A stretch of 64,000 bases of DNA from an uncultured delta proteobacterium (GTDB lineage Bacteria > Desulfobacterota > RBG-13-43-22). The number at the start of each line of letters is the position of its first letter. Position 1 is the stretch's first letter. This document shows, one piece after another, positions 1 to 9,499 of the stretch. The position numbers and the translations under genes are program-made. The notes below the pieces were generated by a model that ran no database searches, was not told the origin of the DNA, and was given only the letters and a program-made list of their open reading frames with translations. The stretch is taken from NCBI GenBank assembly GCA_963843145.1, contig CAWJJC010000020.1, positions 64,001 through 128,000 on the forward strand, written 5' to 3'.

Positions 1-809
1 CGGCGCAGACCGCCACCCCGCGACCGATCCGGACGACCTGCTCCACCCCCTTGATTTTCTTGGCGGCGTCGGAATCAAAGGATTTGGCTTGAGCCCCGAA
101 AATGGGCGCTCGGGCGACGGCCGCATAGCGCATATCGGGGACGAACGTATCGATGCCGAACCGGGCCTTTCCGCTTATTTTATCAGGCAGGTCAAGCCGC
201 GGGAGCGGTTGCCCGATAAATCGAAGTTGGGAGGGTTCTTTCAAAGGGGGATCTTTCGGCAGGGGCATTTTAGAGGCCGCCGCCGCCAGTTTCCCGTAAG
301 AGGCTGACCGGCCGCTTCCGGGATGCCGGACGGCGCCCTTTTCAGCCAGGCATTCCGCCGGGGGAACCCCCCAGGACTGGGCGGCGGCCTGGATCAGCAT
401 CGCCCGCCCGGCGGCCCCGGCCTTACGCAACAGATCGTGAAAATGCCGGATGCTGGTGCTGCCGCCTGTCGCCTGCAGGCCCCAGACCGGGTTCTTGTAT
501 TCATCGGCTGCCGGGGCCGCCCGGAACCGGACGGTCTTCCAGTCGGCCTCCAGTTCATCGGCGACGATCATCGGAAATGAAGTGTATACTCCCTGGCCCA
601 TCTCCGACTGAGAGACGGTGATAGTAACGATATCCTCGGGGGTAATACTGATCCAGGCGTTGAAGATCAGGTCCTTCAAGTCGGTTTTCTTTATTTCTTC
701 CGCGCCGAGTACGCGGAACCCATCCGAGCGTATAGGCCAGGATCAGGGTCAGCCCGGATCCGGCCAGGAGCCCTTTCATGAAATTGCGTCGGGAGAGTTG
801 TTTTTTCAT
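1..809 (-). CDS. iorB: Xanthine dehydrogenase family molybdopterin-binding subunit (isoquinoline 1-oxidoreductase beta-like); runs off the window and has an apparent frameshift near 690-730
   Basis: Tat-like N-terminus SRRNFMK at 809. Another minus frame continues NAWISITPEDIVTITVSQSEMGQGVYTSFPMIVADELEADW, the IorB signature. Overlaps the stop of the 2Fe-2S subunit gene. Confidence 0.85.
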
Positions 810-1273
810 GATTTTCGGCCCTCCTTCTTCATCAATTGTATGGAGGTTTGCAGGGCCTTTTTGATTCGGGGATACGTCCCGCAGCGACAGAGGACCTCGT
901 CCATGGTCTGGCTAATTTTTCCTTCATCGGGGTTGGGGTCTTCCCGGAGCAGAGCCGCGGCCTGCATCATCTGGCCGGATTGGCAGTAGCCGCACTGGGG
1001 TACCTGTTCCTGGAGCCAGGCCCGCTTCACCGGGTGGCTTTCAGGGAGGCCTTCGATGGTGGTGATGGCCTTCCCCTGGGCCTCCCGGACCGGCAGGAGG
1101 CAGGATTTTTCGGGCTGCCCGTTGATATGCACTGTGCAGGAGCCGCACTCCCCCACGCCGCAGCCGAATTTGGTCCCGGTTAGCTGCAAGTGCTCCCGGA
1201 TCACCCAGAGCAGCGGGGTTTCGGGGGCCACGTCCAGCTTGAAATCCTGTCCGTTGATTCTTAAGGATATCAT
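806..1273 (-). CDS. iorA: (2Fe-2S)-binding subunit of aldehyde/isoquinoline oxidoreductase
   Basis: GTKFGCGVGECGSCTVH and QCGYCQSG...LCRCGTY motifs; RBS GGAGG. Confidence 0.93.
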   Translation of the reverse strand: MISLRINGQDFKLDVAPETPLLWVIREHLQLTGTKFGCGVGECGSCTVHINGQPEKSCLLPVREAQGKAITTIEGLPESHPVKRAWLQEQVPQCGYCQSGQMMQAAALLREDPNPDEGKISQTMDEVLCRCGTYPRIKKALQTSIQLMKKEGRKS

Positions 1274-1541
1274 AGCGCCTCCTTTGGTGAACTTTCTTTC
1301 TATTTTGCCATAGTAGCGAAGCTTTTACAAATTAAACAAAACCATCCCCCGCGGATTAAGCCGGGAGTGCCGGTTAGAAGGGGAAGAGAATAAAGGGAAG
1401 ACCGCCCGTTTTTTTATTGAAACCTAATGATAATAATGGTATCCTGTTTTTTAAGCTAAAAAAGAGTTGTCGGGCAGAGGGGGCAAATTAGTTTACGCCA
1501 TTTTATTAACCGATTTTTAATCTTTAAAAAGGAGGCTAACT

Positions 1542-1712
1542 ATGGCAGTAAAACCGACCAAAGCAGCTAAACCATTTGTGTGGGTCAAAGACAAGAAGGG
1601 CAATCAATTTATTTGCCCGATCGATGCCTTGAAAGATCCCAAGAAGGCAACGCAGAAAGAATTGAAGAGCTGTGTCGATGACGCCAAAATGGGAGTCAAT
1701 ATCGGCGATTAA
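1542..1712 (+). CDS. Small 56-aa hypothetical protein (not in the ORF track)
   Basis: AAAGGAGG RBS, ATG at 1542, MAVKPTKAAKPFVWVKDKKGNQFICPIDALKDPKKATQKELKSCVDDAKMGVNIGD*, followed by a terminator. Confidence 0.8.
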   Translation: MAVKPTKAAKPFVWVKDKKGNQFICPIDALKDPKKATQKELKSCVDDAKMGVNIGD

Positions 1713-1738
1713 TATTTCAACTAGACCTGCAACAGGTT

Positions 1739-1778
1739 AAAGGCCGCCTTCTTTTTGGGTGCGGCCTTTATTTTTTTC
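1739..1778 (+). terminator. Rho-independent terminator
   Basis: aaaggccgc...gcggccttt stem followed by a T-run. Confidence 0.75.
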
Positions 1779-1887
1779 CCGGTTGTCAAATCACCGTACC
1801 CGCTTAGTTGCTTACCTATTTTAGCCTGATTTCGAAATTCGGATTTTGGATTTGAACCAAAAATTCGACTATTTCTTGTTCGATCCC

Positions 1888-2399
1888 TCACATGGGCACA
1901 AAGTTATTGGCCTGGAAATAGTCATCCTTGAGTTGGTTCAGTTGCTGCTCGAAGGCCCGGTAGTGCTCCTCCTCCCAATCGGCCAGTTCGTTATAAAACT
2001 GCCGGGCCTCTTCGCCGGAGGCCTCTCGGGCGCACTGGCGGTAAAAATTCACCGCTTCCAGTTCCAGCTTCATGCCGATGCTTAGGACACTGACCTCAAA
2101 GTGGCTGTCCTTAACCCGCTTTTTGATTTCATCGCTGAAAATGGGGTTGCCGGCCGGTTTCTGGTGGGCCAGGCCCAAGTGGGGGAAAAAGAATAATCTC
2201 CCTTTTCCATGACGGATTTATACTGGGTCCGCAGATAATTGAAATGTCCCAGCTCCTCCTCGGCCATCCGGGCCAGGGTTTCCCGCCCCAGGGAATCGGT
2301 AGTATTCTGCGAAGCATTTTTATAAAAATTGTGGCCGAAGATTTCGGCCTCCATGGCGGTCCGAAGACCTTTTAAAATTTCTTCCTGGGAGGTGGTCAT
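1888..2399 (-). CDS. Rubrerythrin/ferritin-like diiron protein; frameshift near 2180
   Basis: EAE..GHNFY...EELGH and ELEAVNFY...WEEEH ExxH motifs split over two frames at a G5/A5 homopolymer. Confidence 0.85.
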
Positions 2400-2657
2400 A
2401 GGTAAGAGGCTCCTGGCTGAGGTAGAATCATATAACCTAACGTACATTACAACCCAATTCATTTCATTATAAAACATGGAAGTGAAGTTCTCAATGGGCA
2501 CCCCTTTAAAAATGGCGAATTGGGCAAAAATGTTTTATTATATATATCGGCTGAGTGGGTGGCCGAAAAATAGGGAAACTTAGGCTGAAATCGAGCCCTT
2601 TCGTCCTCCGACTCGGCAAAAGGATTTTCCACATTTCTTGTTAGGATTAAACCAACC

Positions 2658-3461
2658 ATGCGCTATTATCCGGCTTTTCTGGATTTACAAGGTCAGGGCT
2701 GCCTGGTGGTGGGCGGCGGACAGGTGGGAGAGAGGAAGGTAAAGACCCTTATGGAATGCGGCGCTGTGGTCCACCTGGTGAGCCCGGAGCTAACGCCTTT
2801 CCTCGAAGCGGTGGTTCGGCAGGGCCGCGTCCGCTTGCTGGCCCCCGAATTCCTGCCGGAACATCTGGAGGGCATGTTTTTAGTCATCGGGGCCACCGAT
2901 GATCCGGAAGCCAACCAGCGGATCAGCAGAGCAGCCCGGGCCAGGAATCTTTTATGCAATATTGTGGATAAGCCCCGGGAATGCAATTTTATCGTTCCCT
3001 CCCAGGTCCACCGGGGTGACCTGGTCATCGCCGTATCCACCGGCGGGCGCAGCCCGGCCCTGGCTAAAAAAATCCGGCAGGACCTGGAAAATCTGTTTCC
3101 GGATATTTATAGTAGTTATCTGGCCTTGTTGGGCCGGGTGAGGGAATACCTGTTGGCTCAGGGGTTTACCCAGGCCAGGAATCAGCAGATTTTTGAGTCG
3201 CTGATCAAGGCCCCTATCCTGGAATCCTTACAACGGGGCGACCGGGAAGGTCTGACCAACCAATTGATCCACTTGTTGGACCCGCCTCCGCGCCCAAAAG
3301 AGGTGGAAGACTGGCTCCGGGAATTGGACTGTGGTTTGCAGGTCCCCCCAAAGCCCCCGGCGGGCGCCCGCGAAAGATGGATAAAAATACCCGGAAGGGA
3401 TTTTCTTAGGGCCGGGTTCGAACCTGCTCTTTCGAAAAGACAAATAATTAATAATCAATAA
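2658..3461 (+). CDS. sirC: Precorrin-2 dehydrogenase / sirohydrochlorin ferrochelatase (CysG N-terminal-like)
   Basis: YYPAFLDL, VVGGGQVGERK, IAVSTGGRSPALAKKIR. Confidence 0.92.
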   Translation: MRYYPAFLDLQGQGCLVVGGGQVGERKVKTLMECGAVVHLVSPELTPFLEAVVRQGRVRLLAPEFLPEHLEGMFLVIGATDDPEANQRISRAARARNLLCNIVDKPRECNFIVPSQVHRGDLVIAVSTGGRSPALAKKIRQDLENLFPDIYSSYLALLGRVREYLLAQGFTQARNQQIFESLIKAPILESLQRGDREGLTNQLIHLLDPPPRPKEVEDWLRELDCGLQVPPKPPAGARERWIKIPGRDFLRAGFEPALSKRQIINNQ

Positions 3462-3510
3462 TCAATTTTTAATATTAAATGTTTCGTATTATTTATATCT
3501 AAGAGGAACC

Positions 3511-4341
3511 ATGACCCTATTCCTTTTTCAACTCGCCCTCCTTTTCTACCTCCTGGGAACCGTGGGATATATTGTCTACCTGATCTCCCAGAAGAAGCCT
3601 CTAGCCCATTACGCCTACGGGCTCCTCTGGGCCGGGTTCCTGGCGCATAGCCTGGTCATCGGCGGGCTTTATTACCAGACCGGTTTTTTCCCTGTTCATA
3701 ACCTGAGGGAATCCCTGTCATTTTTTGCCTGGGCGATTATGGGCGCCTATCTGGTCACCCAAATCCGGTTTAATATTCGGGTATTGGGCTCTTTTCTCTC
3801 CCCCCTGGCGGTGGTCATGATGATCAGCTCCTCCTTTTTGCCCCAACCGACCGGGCCGGCTAACCCGCTGTTGCGCAGTTTCTGGTTGGTGCTGCACGTG
3901 TTGACCATCTTTTTGGGCAACGGGATCTTCGCCATCGCCTTCCTGGCCGGAATCATGTATCTGATCCAGGAAAGGCAGATCAAGTCCAAGCAGTTGGGCG
4001 CCCTCTACCACCGTCTCCCCTCGCTGGAAACCCTGGACGGGCTGAATTACCAATGCCTGGTCCTGGGCTTTCCCTTGTTGACCCTGGGGATGCTCAGCGG
4101 ATCTCTGTATGCCCACTACACCCTGGGGGCCTTCTGGCGCTGGGACCCCAAGGAGGTCTGGTCGCTGATCACCTGGCTCTTGTATGCCGCCCTGCTGCAT
4201 GGCCGTCTGGTGGCCGGCTGGCGGGGCCGACGCTCGGCCCTCTTATCTATCGCTTTTTTCCTGGTCCTGATTTTTTCATTCCTGGGGATCAATTTCCTGG
4301 TGAAGGGCTATCACACCTTTTCCGCCTTTCAGAAAGTATAG
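3511..4341 (+). CDS. ccsA: Cytochrome c biogenesis protein CcsA/ResC
   Basis: Multi-TM protein with WWD domain WRWDPKEVWSLITWLLY. Confidence 0.92.
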   Translation: MTLFLFQLALLFYLLGTVGYIVYLISQKKPLAHYAYGLLWAGFLAHSLVIGGLYYQTGFFPVHNLRESLSFFAWAIMGAYLVTQIRFNIRVLGSFLSPLAVVMMISSSFLPQPTGPANPLLRSFWLVLHVLTIFLGNGIFAIAFLAGIMYLIQERQIKSKQLGALYHRLPSLETLDGLNYQCLVLGFPLLTLGMLSGSLYAHYTLGAFWRWDPKEVWSLITWLLYAALLHGRLVAGWRGRRSALLSIAFFLVLIFSFLGINFLVKGYHTFSAFQKV

Positions 4342-4344
4342 AGG

Positions 4345-5634
4345 ATGGAGATCGGACTGATCGGCCTGAATCATAAAACCGCTCCGGTGGAACTCCGGGA
4401 GCAGCTCTCCTCAACCTGCGTCCAGGGGGGGGTGGGTATGGGGAAAGAGAGCGCTCCGTCGATCGTTAAAGAGGCCCTGACCCTGACCACCTGCAACCGG
4501 GTCGAGATCCTCCTGACCGCTGAAGACCTCGACCGGGCCTTCCAGGAGATCCTCAGAACCTGGGAAGATCCGCCCCACCGGACCGAGGCGGGCTTGAAGC
4601 CCTATATTTATGCCTACCGAGGCGATGAAGCGATTCAACACCTGTTCCGGGTAGCGGCCAGTCTGGATTCCCTGGTCGTGGGGGAACCCCAAATTTTGGG
4701 GCAGCTTAAGACCGCCTACCGGGAAGCGGTGAACAACCGCTCCACCGGCGTGGTCATGAACCGGCTGTTGCACAAGGCCTTTACCGTGGCCAAGCGGATC
4801 AGGACCGAAACCGGCATTGCCGACAACGCCGTTTCCATCAGTTTTGCCGCCGTGGAACTGGCCAAAAAAATCTTTCAGGATTTGGCCGGGAAAAAAGTCC
4901 TACTGGTCGGGGCCGGAGAAATGGCCGAATTGGCGGCCGAACACCTGGTCCATCATAAGGTCCAGGAAATCGTGGTGGCCAACCGGACCCTGGAACGGGC
5001 CATGGATCTGGCCCATCGCTGGCGGGGCCGGGCGGTGTCCCTGCAGGAAGTTCCCCAGGCTCTGAACGGTGCGGACATTGTCATCAGCTCCACCGGGGCC
5101 CCGGACATCCTTATCCGGCAGGATGAAGTCAAGGCCATCATGAAGCAGCGCAAGCAGCGGCCTTTATTTTTCATCGACATTGCCGTGCCCCGGGACATCG
5201 ATCCTCAGGTGAATCAGCTCGATAACGTCTATCTTTATGATATCGACGACCTGCAGGGGGTGGTGGCGCAAAATATCGCCGCCCGCAAAAACGAAGCCGT
5301 TCAAGCCGAGCGGATTGTCCAGGAGGAAGCCGTCAAATTCCGGAACTGGATGAACGGTCTGGAGGTGGTGCCGACGATTATCGCCCTTCGGAATAAGATA
5401 GAGGACATTCGTCAGGGGGAGTTGAAAAAGGCCGGTCCGCTCCTTCAAGCGCTGACCCCGGAGCAGCAAAAGGCCATCGAAGTCATGAGTCAGGCCATGA
5501 TTAATAAAATCCTCCACGACCCGATCACTTATTTGAAGAAGCCCGGGGACCCCTTTCAGGTCAGCAAACAGGCGGACTTGACCCAGAAGATCTTCAACCT
5601 CAACGCCGAAGCGGAAGCAGAGGAAAATTCATAG
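4345..5634 (+). CDS. hemA: Glutamyl-tRNA reductase
   Basis: GLNHKTAPVELRE, TCNRVE, LDSLVVGEPQILGQ, DIAVPRD. Confidence 0.97.
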   Translation: MEIGLIGLNHKTAPVELREQLSSTCVQGGVGMGKESAPSIVKEALTLTTCNRVEILLTAEDLDRAFQEILRTWEDPPHRTEAGLKPYIYAYRGDEAIQHLFRVAASLDSLVVGEPQILGQLKTAYREAVNNRSTGVVMNRLLHKAFTVAKRIRTETGIADNAVSISFAAVELAKKIFQDLAGKKVLLVGAGEMAELAAEHLVHHKVQEIVVANRTLERAMDLAHRWRGRAVSLQEVPQALNGADIVISSTGAPDILIRQDEVKAIMKQRKQRPLFFIDIAVPRDIDPQVNQLDNVYLYDIDDLQGVVAQNIAARKNEAVQAERIVQEEAVKFRNWMNGLEVVPTIIALRNKIEDIRQGELKKAGPLLQALTPEQQKAIEVMSQAMINKILHDPITYLKKPGDPFQVSKQADLTQKIFNLNAEAEAEENS

Positions 5635-5636
5635 TT

Positions 5637-6038
5637 ATGGCGGACATTATTTCCCTTGACGAGCGTCTGAAGGAACAGCGGGACAAACAGCTTTCCGATC
5701 AGAAAAAGAAACGGCGGACTTCCCTGCGGATGGTCATGGAGTGCAGCAACTGCCCACGGAAATGCGCCAAATGCGGATCTCAGTTAGAAGCGCCTGAACC
5801 GCGGATCTTATCTCCCGAACTGCCCCTGCGCCTCTGCGGGGGTTGCTGGGAGGAGTACCGGATCTACCAGCGATTCATTCAGGGGCAGTCGGTCCCGCAG
5901 GATTTGGAGAACTACCAGAGCCCGGCCTGGATGGAGGTCTGGAAATCCTGGGTGGATTACCAGACCAATCTGCACCGCTACCGGAATTCCCTGGAATTCA
6001 AGAGGTTAATGGTGGAGCTTTCCAAAGAGGAAGAGTAA
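5637..6038 (+). CDS. Hypothetical protein with three CxxC motifs
   Basis: CSNC..CAKC..CGGC; 2 nt downstream of hemA. Confidence 0.8.
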   Translation: MADIISLDERLKEQRDKQLSDQKKKRRTSLRMVMECSNCPRKCAKCGSQLEAPEPRILSPELPLRLCGGCWEEYRIYQRFIQGQSVPQDLENYQSPAWMEVWKSWVDYQTNLHRYRNSLEFKRLMVELSKEEE

Positions 6039-6112
6039 AGGAATAGTTAACGCTTCGAACTGTTGGGTTAGGTCCCCCTCCCCCATTTGATATGGCCCGA
6101 TTTTCAGACTAC

Positions 6113-6190
6113 GTTGAACGTCCAACATTGAAATAAAAACAAAGCTCCATTAAAGATTCGATGTTGGAAGTTCGATGTTCGACGTTCAAC
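6113..6190. repeat. Heptamer-repeat inverted element
   Basis: gttgaacgtccaacattgaa ... ttcgatgttcgacgttcaac terminal inverted repeat built of ~7-nt units. Confidence 0.7.
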
Positions 6191-6233
6191 TTTTCAGCAA
6201 CCTTCCACAGTCCATCCAGCGGAAATACCACCG

Positions 6234-6659
6234 TTAGAAGGGTATATCATCCTCCGGAAACGGCCCTCCCCCCCCTTCCTCGCGGGGACCGGGTGCGGAA
6301 AAATCCCGTCCGGACGTGGCCTTTTCCCCCGCCGGGCCCAGCATCTGCATGACCTGCGCGTTTATTTCGGTGGTATAGCGTTTATTCCCTTCCTTGTCCT
6401 CCCAACTGCGGGTCTGCAACCGGCCTTCGATATAGACCTGCTTGCCTTTGGACAGGTATTCCCCGCAGATTTCCCCTAGGCGGGCCCAGGCCACGATGCG
6501 GTGCCATTCGGTCCGTTCTTCCTTGTTCCCGTCCTTACCGGTCCAATTCTCTTTGGTAGCCAGGTTGAACCGGGCGATGGCCGTTCCGCTGGCGGTATAA
6601 CGCAGTTCCGGGTCGGCTCCGAGGTTGCCGATTAAAATGACTTTATTGACCGATGCCAT
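6234..6659 (-). CDS. ssb: Single-stranded DNA-binding protein
   Basis: [15 protein letters not shown]...; C-terminal DDIPF. Confidence 0.97.
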   Translation of the reverse strand: MASVNKVILIGNLGADPELRYTASGTAIARFNLATKENWTGKDGNKEERTEWHRIVAWARLGEICGEYLSKGKQVYIEGRLQTRSWEDKEGNKRYTTEINAQVMQMLGPAGEKATSGRDFSAPGPREEGGGGPFPEDDIPF

Positions 6660-6794
6660 AAATCTCCCCTTCCCAATCCTTATTGGAGTTCAATCAAACA
6701 GAACTATTTCTAACATAAGTGGGCGGGAAAGGGCAAGTGCTGATGACGGGCTGGTGTTAATACGAAGATAGAATCTATGACCTGGGAAAAGGCC

Positions 6795-6914
6795 AATAAT
6801 CAATAATCGATAATCAATTGATAATGAACAATTGTTTATCGATTATTCATATCATGCGGTTAGGAAGTTGTCTCGCCCCTTTTCTTTTCATGCTTCACGG
6901 GTGCCCGCCGCGGG
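6795..6914. repeat. AT-rich heptamer palindromic element plus a 30-bp REP-like unit
   Basis: taatcaa/taatcga units; ttttcatgcttcacgggtgcccgccgcggg (6885-6914) recurs reverse-complemented at 11820-11850. Confidence 0.65.
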
Positions 6915-7084
6915 TTTGGGGATGGAAAATTCCCCCAGGTTAGTAGAAAAGGGGGAAGGGTGAGATCCTTAATTGACTCCGGGCGGGCAATGGATTATGA
7001 TTCCGGCAAATCAAAAACTTAGTCTGAATTAGGCTTTTATAGAAAATCCAAAGGCAGACGGAAATCGGAGTACAAAGGGCGGGC

Positions 7085-7810
7085 ATGTCCATTGCCAGTG
7101 TGTTGTTTTTCCCCATTTTTATTGTGCTGACCATCGGCTTCAGCCTGGCGGCCATCCTGGCCGCCCTGTTGGATTCCAGCGGAAATCGGGCCCACCGGGT
7201 GGGCGCCCTCTGGGGTACGTGGCTCCTTTTTTTCTCCGGGGTGCGGGCGCGAATCACCTATCTGGAACCCTTGCCCTCCGGTGAGGCCTATATTTTTGCC
7301 GCCAACCACCAGAGTGCTTTCGATATTCTCGCCCTGCTCTCGAAGCTGAAAGTCCAGTTTCGCTGGCTGGCCAAAGAAAGCTTGTTTAAAACCCCCTTTA
7401 TGGGCTGGGCCATGACCCGGGTCGGGTATATCCCCATCAACCGCTCCAACCCGAAATCGGCATATCGCAGCCTCCTATTGGCCGCTAAAAAAGTGGAAAA
7501 CGGGACCTCAGTGCTGATCTTCCCCGAGGGGACCCGTCAGGAACCCAATCAATTAGGAGAATTCAAAAAAGGGGGGTTTATCCTGGCGGTCAAGTCCGGG
7601 CGGCCCCTGGTCCCGATCAGCATCAGCGGCAGCGCCTCCGTCCTCCCTAAACATAGTTTCTCCCTCAAACCCGGATCGATTGACATCGTGGTCGGAAAAC
7701 CGATATCCACAGCGGGGATTTCGGCCAAAACGGTGGAACCGCTGATGGAGCAGGTCCGGGCCGCCATCCAACAACAGTACCGCCCAATCCACAGGAGGGC
7801 CCGCCCATGA
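7085..7810 (+). CDS. plsC: 1-acyl-sn-glycerol-3-phosphate acyltransferase
   Basis: NHQSAFD and FPEGTR motifs. Confidence 0.93.
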   Translation: MSIASVLFFPIFIVLTIGFSLAAILAALLDSSGNRAHRVGALWGTWLLFFSGVRARITYLEPLPSGEAYIFAANHQSAFDILALLSKLKVQFRWLAKESLFKTPFMGWAMTRVGYIPINRSNPKSAYRSLLLAAKKVENGTSVLIFPEGTRQEPNQLGEFKKGGFILAVKSGRPLVPISISGSASVLPKHSFSLKPGSIDIVVGKPISTAGISAKTVEPLMEQVRAAIQQQYRPIHRRARP

Positions 7811-9483
7811 CGTCCGTTCTTCAAATCCCGGATAGCGAACCCGTGCTGGAAATCATCCCCCTGGGGGGACTGGGGGAGATCGGACTCAATATGCTCCTCT
7901 TCAAGTATGGAGAAGAGATTCTGGTCATCGATGCCGGGTTGATGTTTCCGGAAGACTATATGCTGGGCATCGACATCGTCATTCCGGATTTCAGCTTTCT
8001 TTTAAGGCACAAAGACCAAGTCCGGGCCGTGATCCTGACCCACGGCCATGAAGACCATATCGGAGCGCTGCCCTTCCTGTTGCGGGAACTCTCGGCCCCG
8101 GTGTACGGTTCCCGCTTTACCCTGGAGTTACTTCGGGAGAAATTGAAAGAACATCAACTCTCCGGGCAGACGGACCTGCGCTTGGTCGCGCCCAAAGAAA
8201 TCCTGGAGCTGGGTTCGTTTAAAATAGAATTTATCCGAGTCGCCCACAGCATCCCGGACGGGATGGGGTTAGCCATTCAAACCCCCCTGGGGACATTCAT
8301 CCATTCCGGGGATTTCAAGATCGACCAGACCGGAGGCGTCTCCGACCTCAACACCCTGGCCGTTTACGGGGCCCGGGGTGTTCTGGCCCTGCTTTCGGAT
8401 TCCACCAACGTGGAACGGGAAGGCTATACCGTCCCGGAAAAGCGAATCGGCGAGAGCCTGGATCAAATCATGCGAAAATGCGAAGGCCGGGTGATGGTAG
8501 CCGTCTTCGCCTCCAATATCTACCGGATCCAGCAGGTGGTGGACTCGGCCGTGCGTTGCGGCCGTCAGGTGGCTTTCAACGGCAAGAGCATGATCACCAA
8601 CTGCCGGATCGCCCGGGAGTTGGGCTACCTGCACCTCCCCCCGGGTCGGGAGATTACCTTGAGCGAGATGGCCCAAACCCCTGATCCCCAGGTGGCCGTC
8701 ATCACCACCGGCAGTCAGGCCGAACCCATGTCCTCCTTGACCCGGATCGCCCGGGATGATCACAAGCAGATCAAAATTAAGAAAGGCGATACGGTCATCC
8801 TTTCCTCTCGCTTCATTCCGGGCAACGAGCGGGCCATTACCGGAATGATCGACAACCTCTACCGCTTTGGGGCCGAGGTAATCTACGAAAGGGTTTCCGA
8901 AATCCACGTCTCCGGCCACGCCCACCAGGAGGAGTTGAAGCTGATGCTCCAACTGACCAAACCCCGCTATTTTCTACCCATCCACGGGGAATACCGCCAC
9001 CTGGTCAAACACGCCCAGTTGGCCCACGAGATCGGTCTCCCTTGGGAAAATCTGTTGGTGGCGGAAAACGGACAGGTCATTCGGTTCGATCGGGAAGGAT
9101 GCCGGTTCAGCGATCCGGTGGAGGTGGGGCGGGTTTTTGTGGACGGCAAAGGAGTGGGCGACGTGGGAGACCTGATCTTACGGGACCGGCGCCATCTATC
9201 GGAAGAGGGACTGGTCGTGGTCCTGATGGTCATGAACAACCAAACCGGCGACCTCCTTTCCGGTCCGGAGATTATCTCCCGGGGGTTTATTTCCGAGGAG
9301 GAATACCCGGAATTGATCCAGGAAGCCAAAAACCGGGTCCTGGAGATCCTGGCCCAGCGGTCGGTGGAAGATCAAAAGAACTGGATGGAAATCCAGAAAG
9401 AAATTCGTAAGACCTTGCAGCGTTTTTTTGTAAAATCTATAGAACGCCGGCCCGTAGTGCTGCCGCTGTTTATTCCCATGTAG
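7807..9483 (+). CDS. rnj: Ribonuclease J
   Basis: PLGGLGEIGLN, THGHEDHIG, HVSGHA, PIHGEYRH. Confidence 0.96.
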   Translation: MTSVLQIPDSEPVLEIIPLGGLGEIGLNMLLFKYGEEILVIDAGLMFPEDYMLGIDIVIPDFSFLLRHKDQVRAVILTHGHEDHIGALPFLLRELSAPVYGSRFTLELLREKLKEHQLSGQTDLRLVAPKEILELGSFKIEFIRVAHSIPDGMGLAIQTPLGTFIHSGDFKIDQTGGVSDLNTLAVYGARGVLALLSDSTNVEREGYTVPEKRIGESLDQIMRKCEGRVMVAVFASNIYRIQQVVDSAVRCGRQVAFNGKSMITNCRIARELGYLHLPPGREITLSEMAQTPDPQVAVITTGSQAEPMSSLTRIARDDHKQIKIKKGDTVILSSRFIPGNERAITGMIDNLYRFGAEVIYERVSEIHVSGHAHQEELKLMLQLTKPRYFLPIHGEYRHLVKHAQLAHEIGLPWENLLVAENGQVIRFDREGCRFSDPVEVGRVFVDGKGVGDVGDLILRDRRHLSEEGLVVVLMVMNNQTGDLLSGPEIISRGFISEEEYPELIQEAKNRVLEILAQRSVEDQKNWMEIQKEIRKTLQRFFVKSIERRPVVLPLFIPM

Positions 9484-9499
9484 GTCGCGAACGCCGCCG

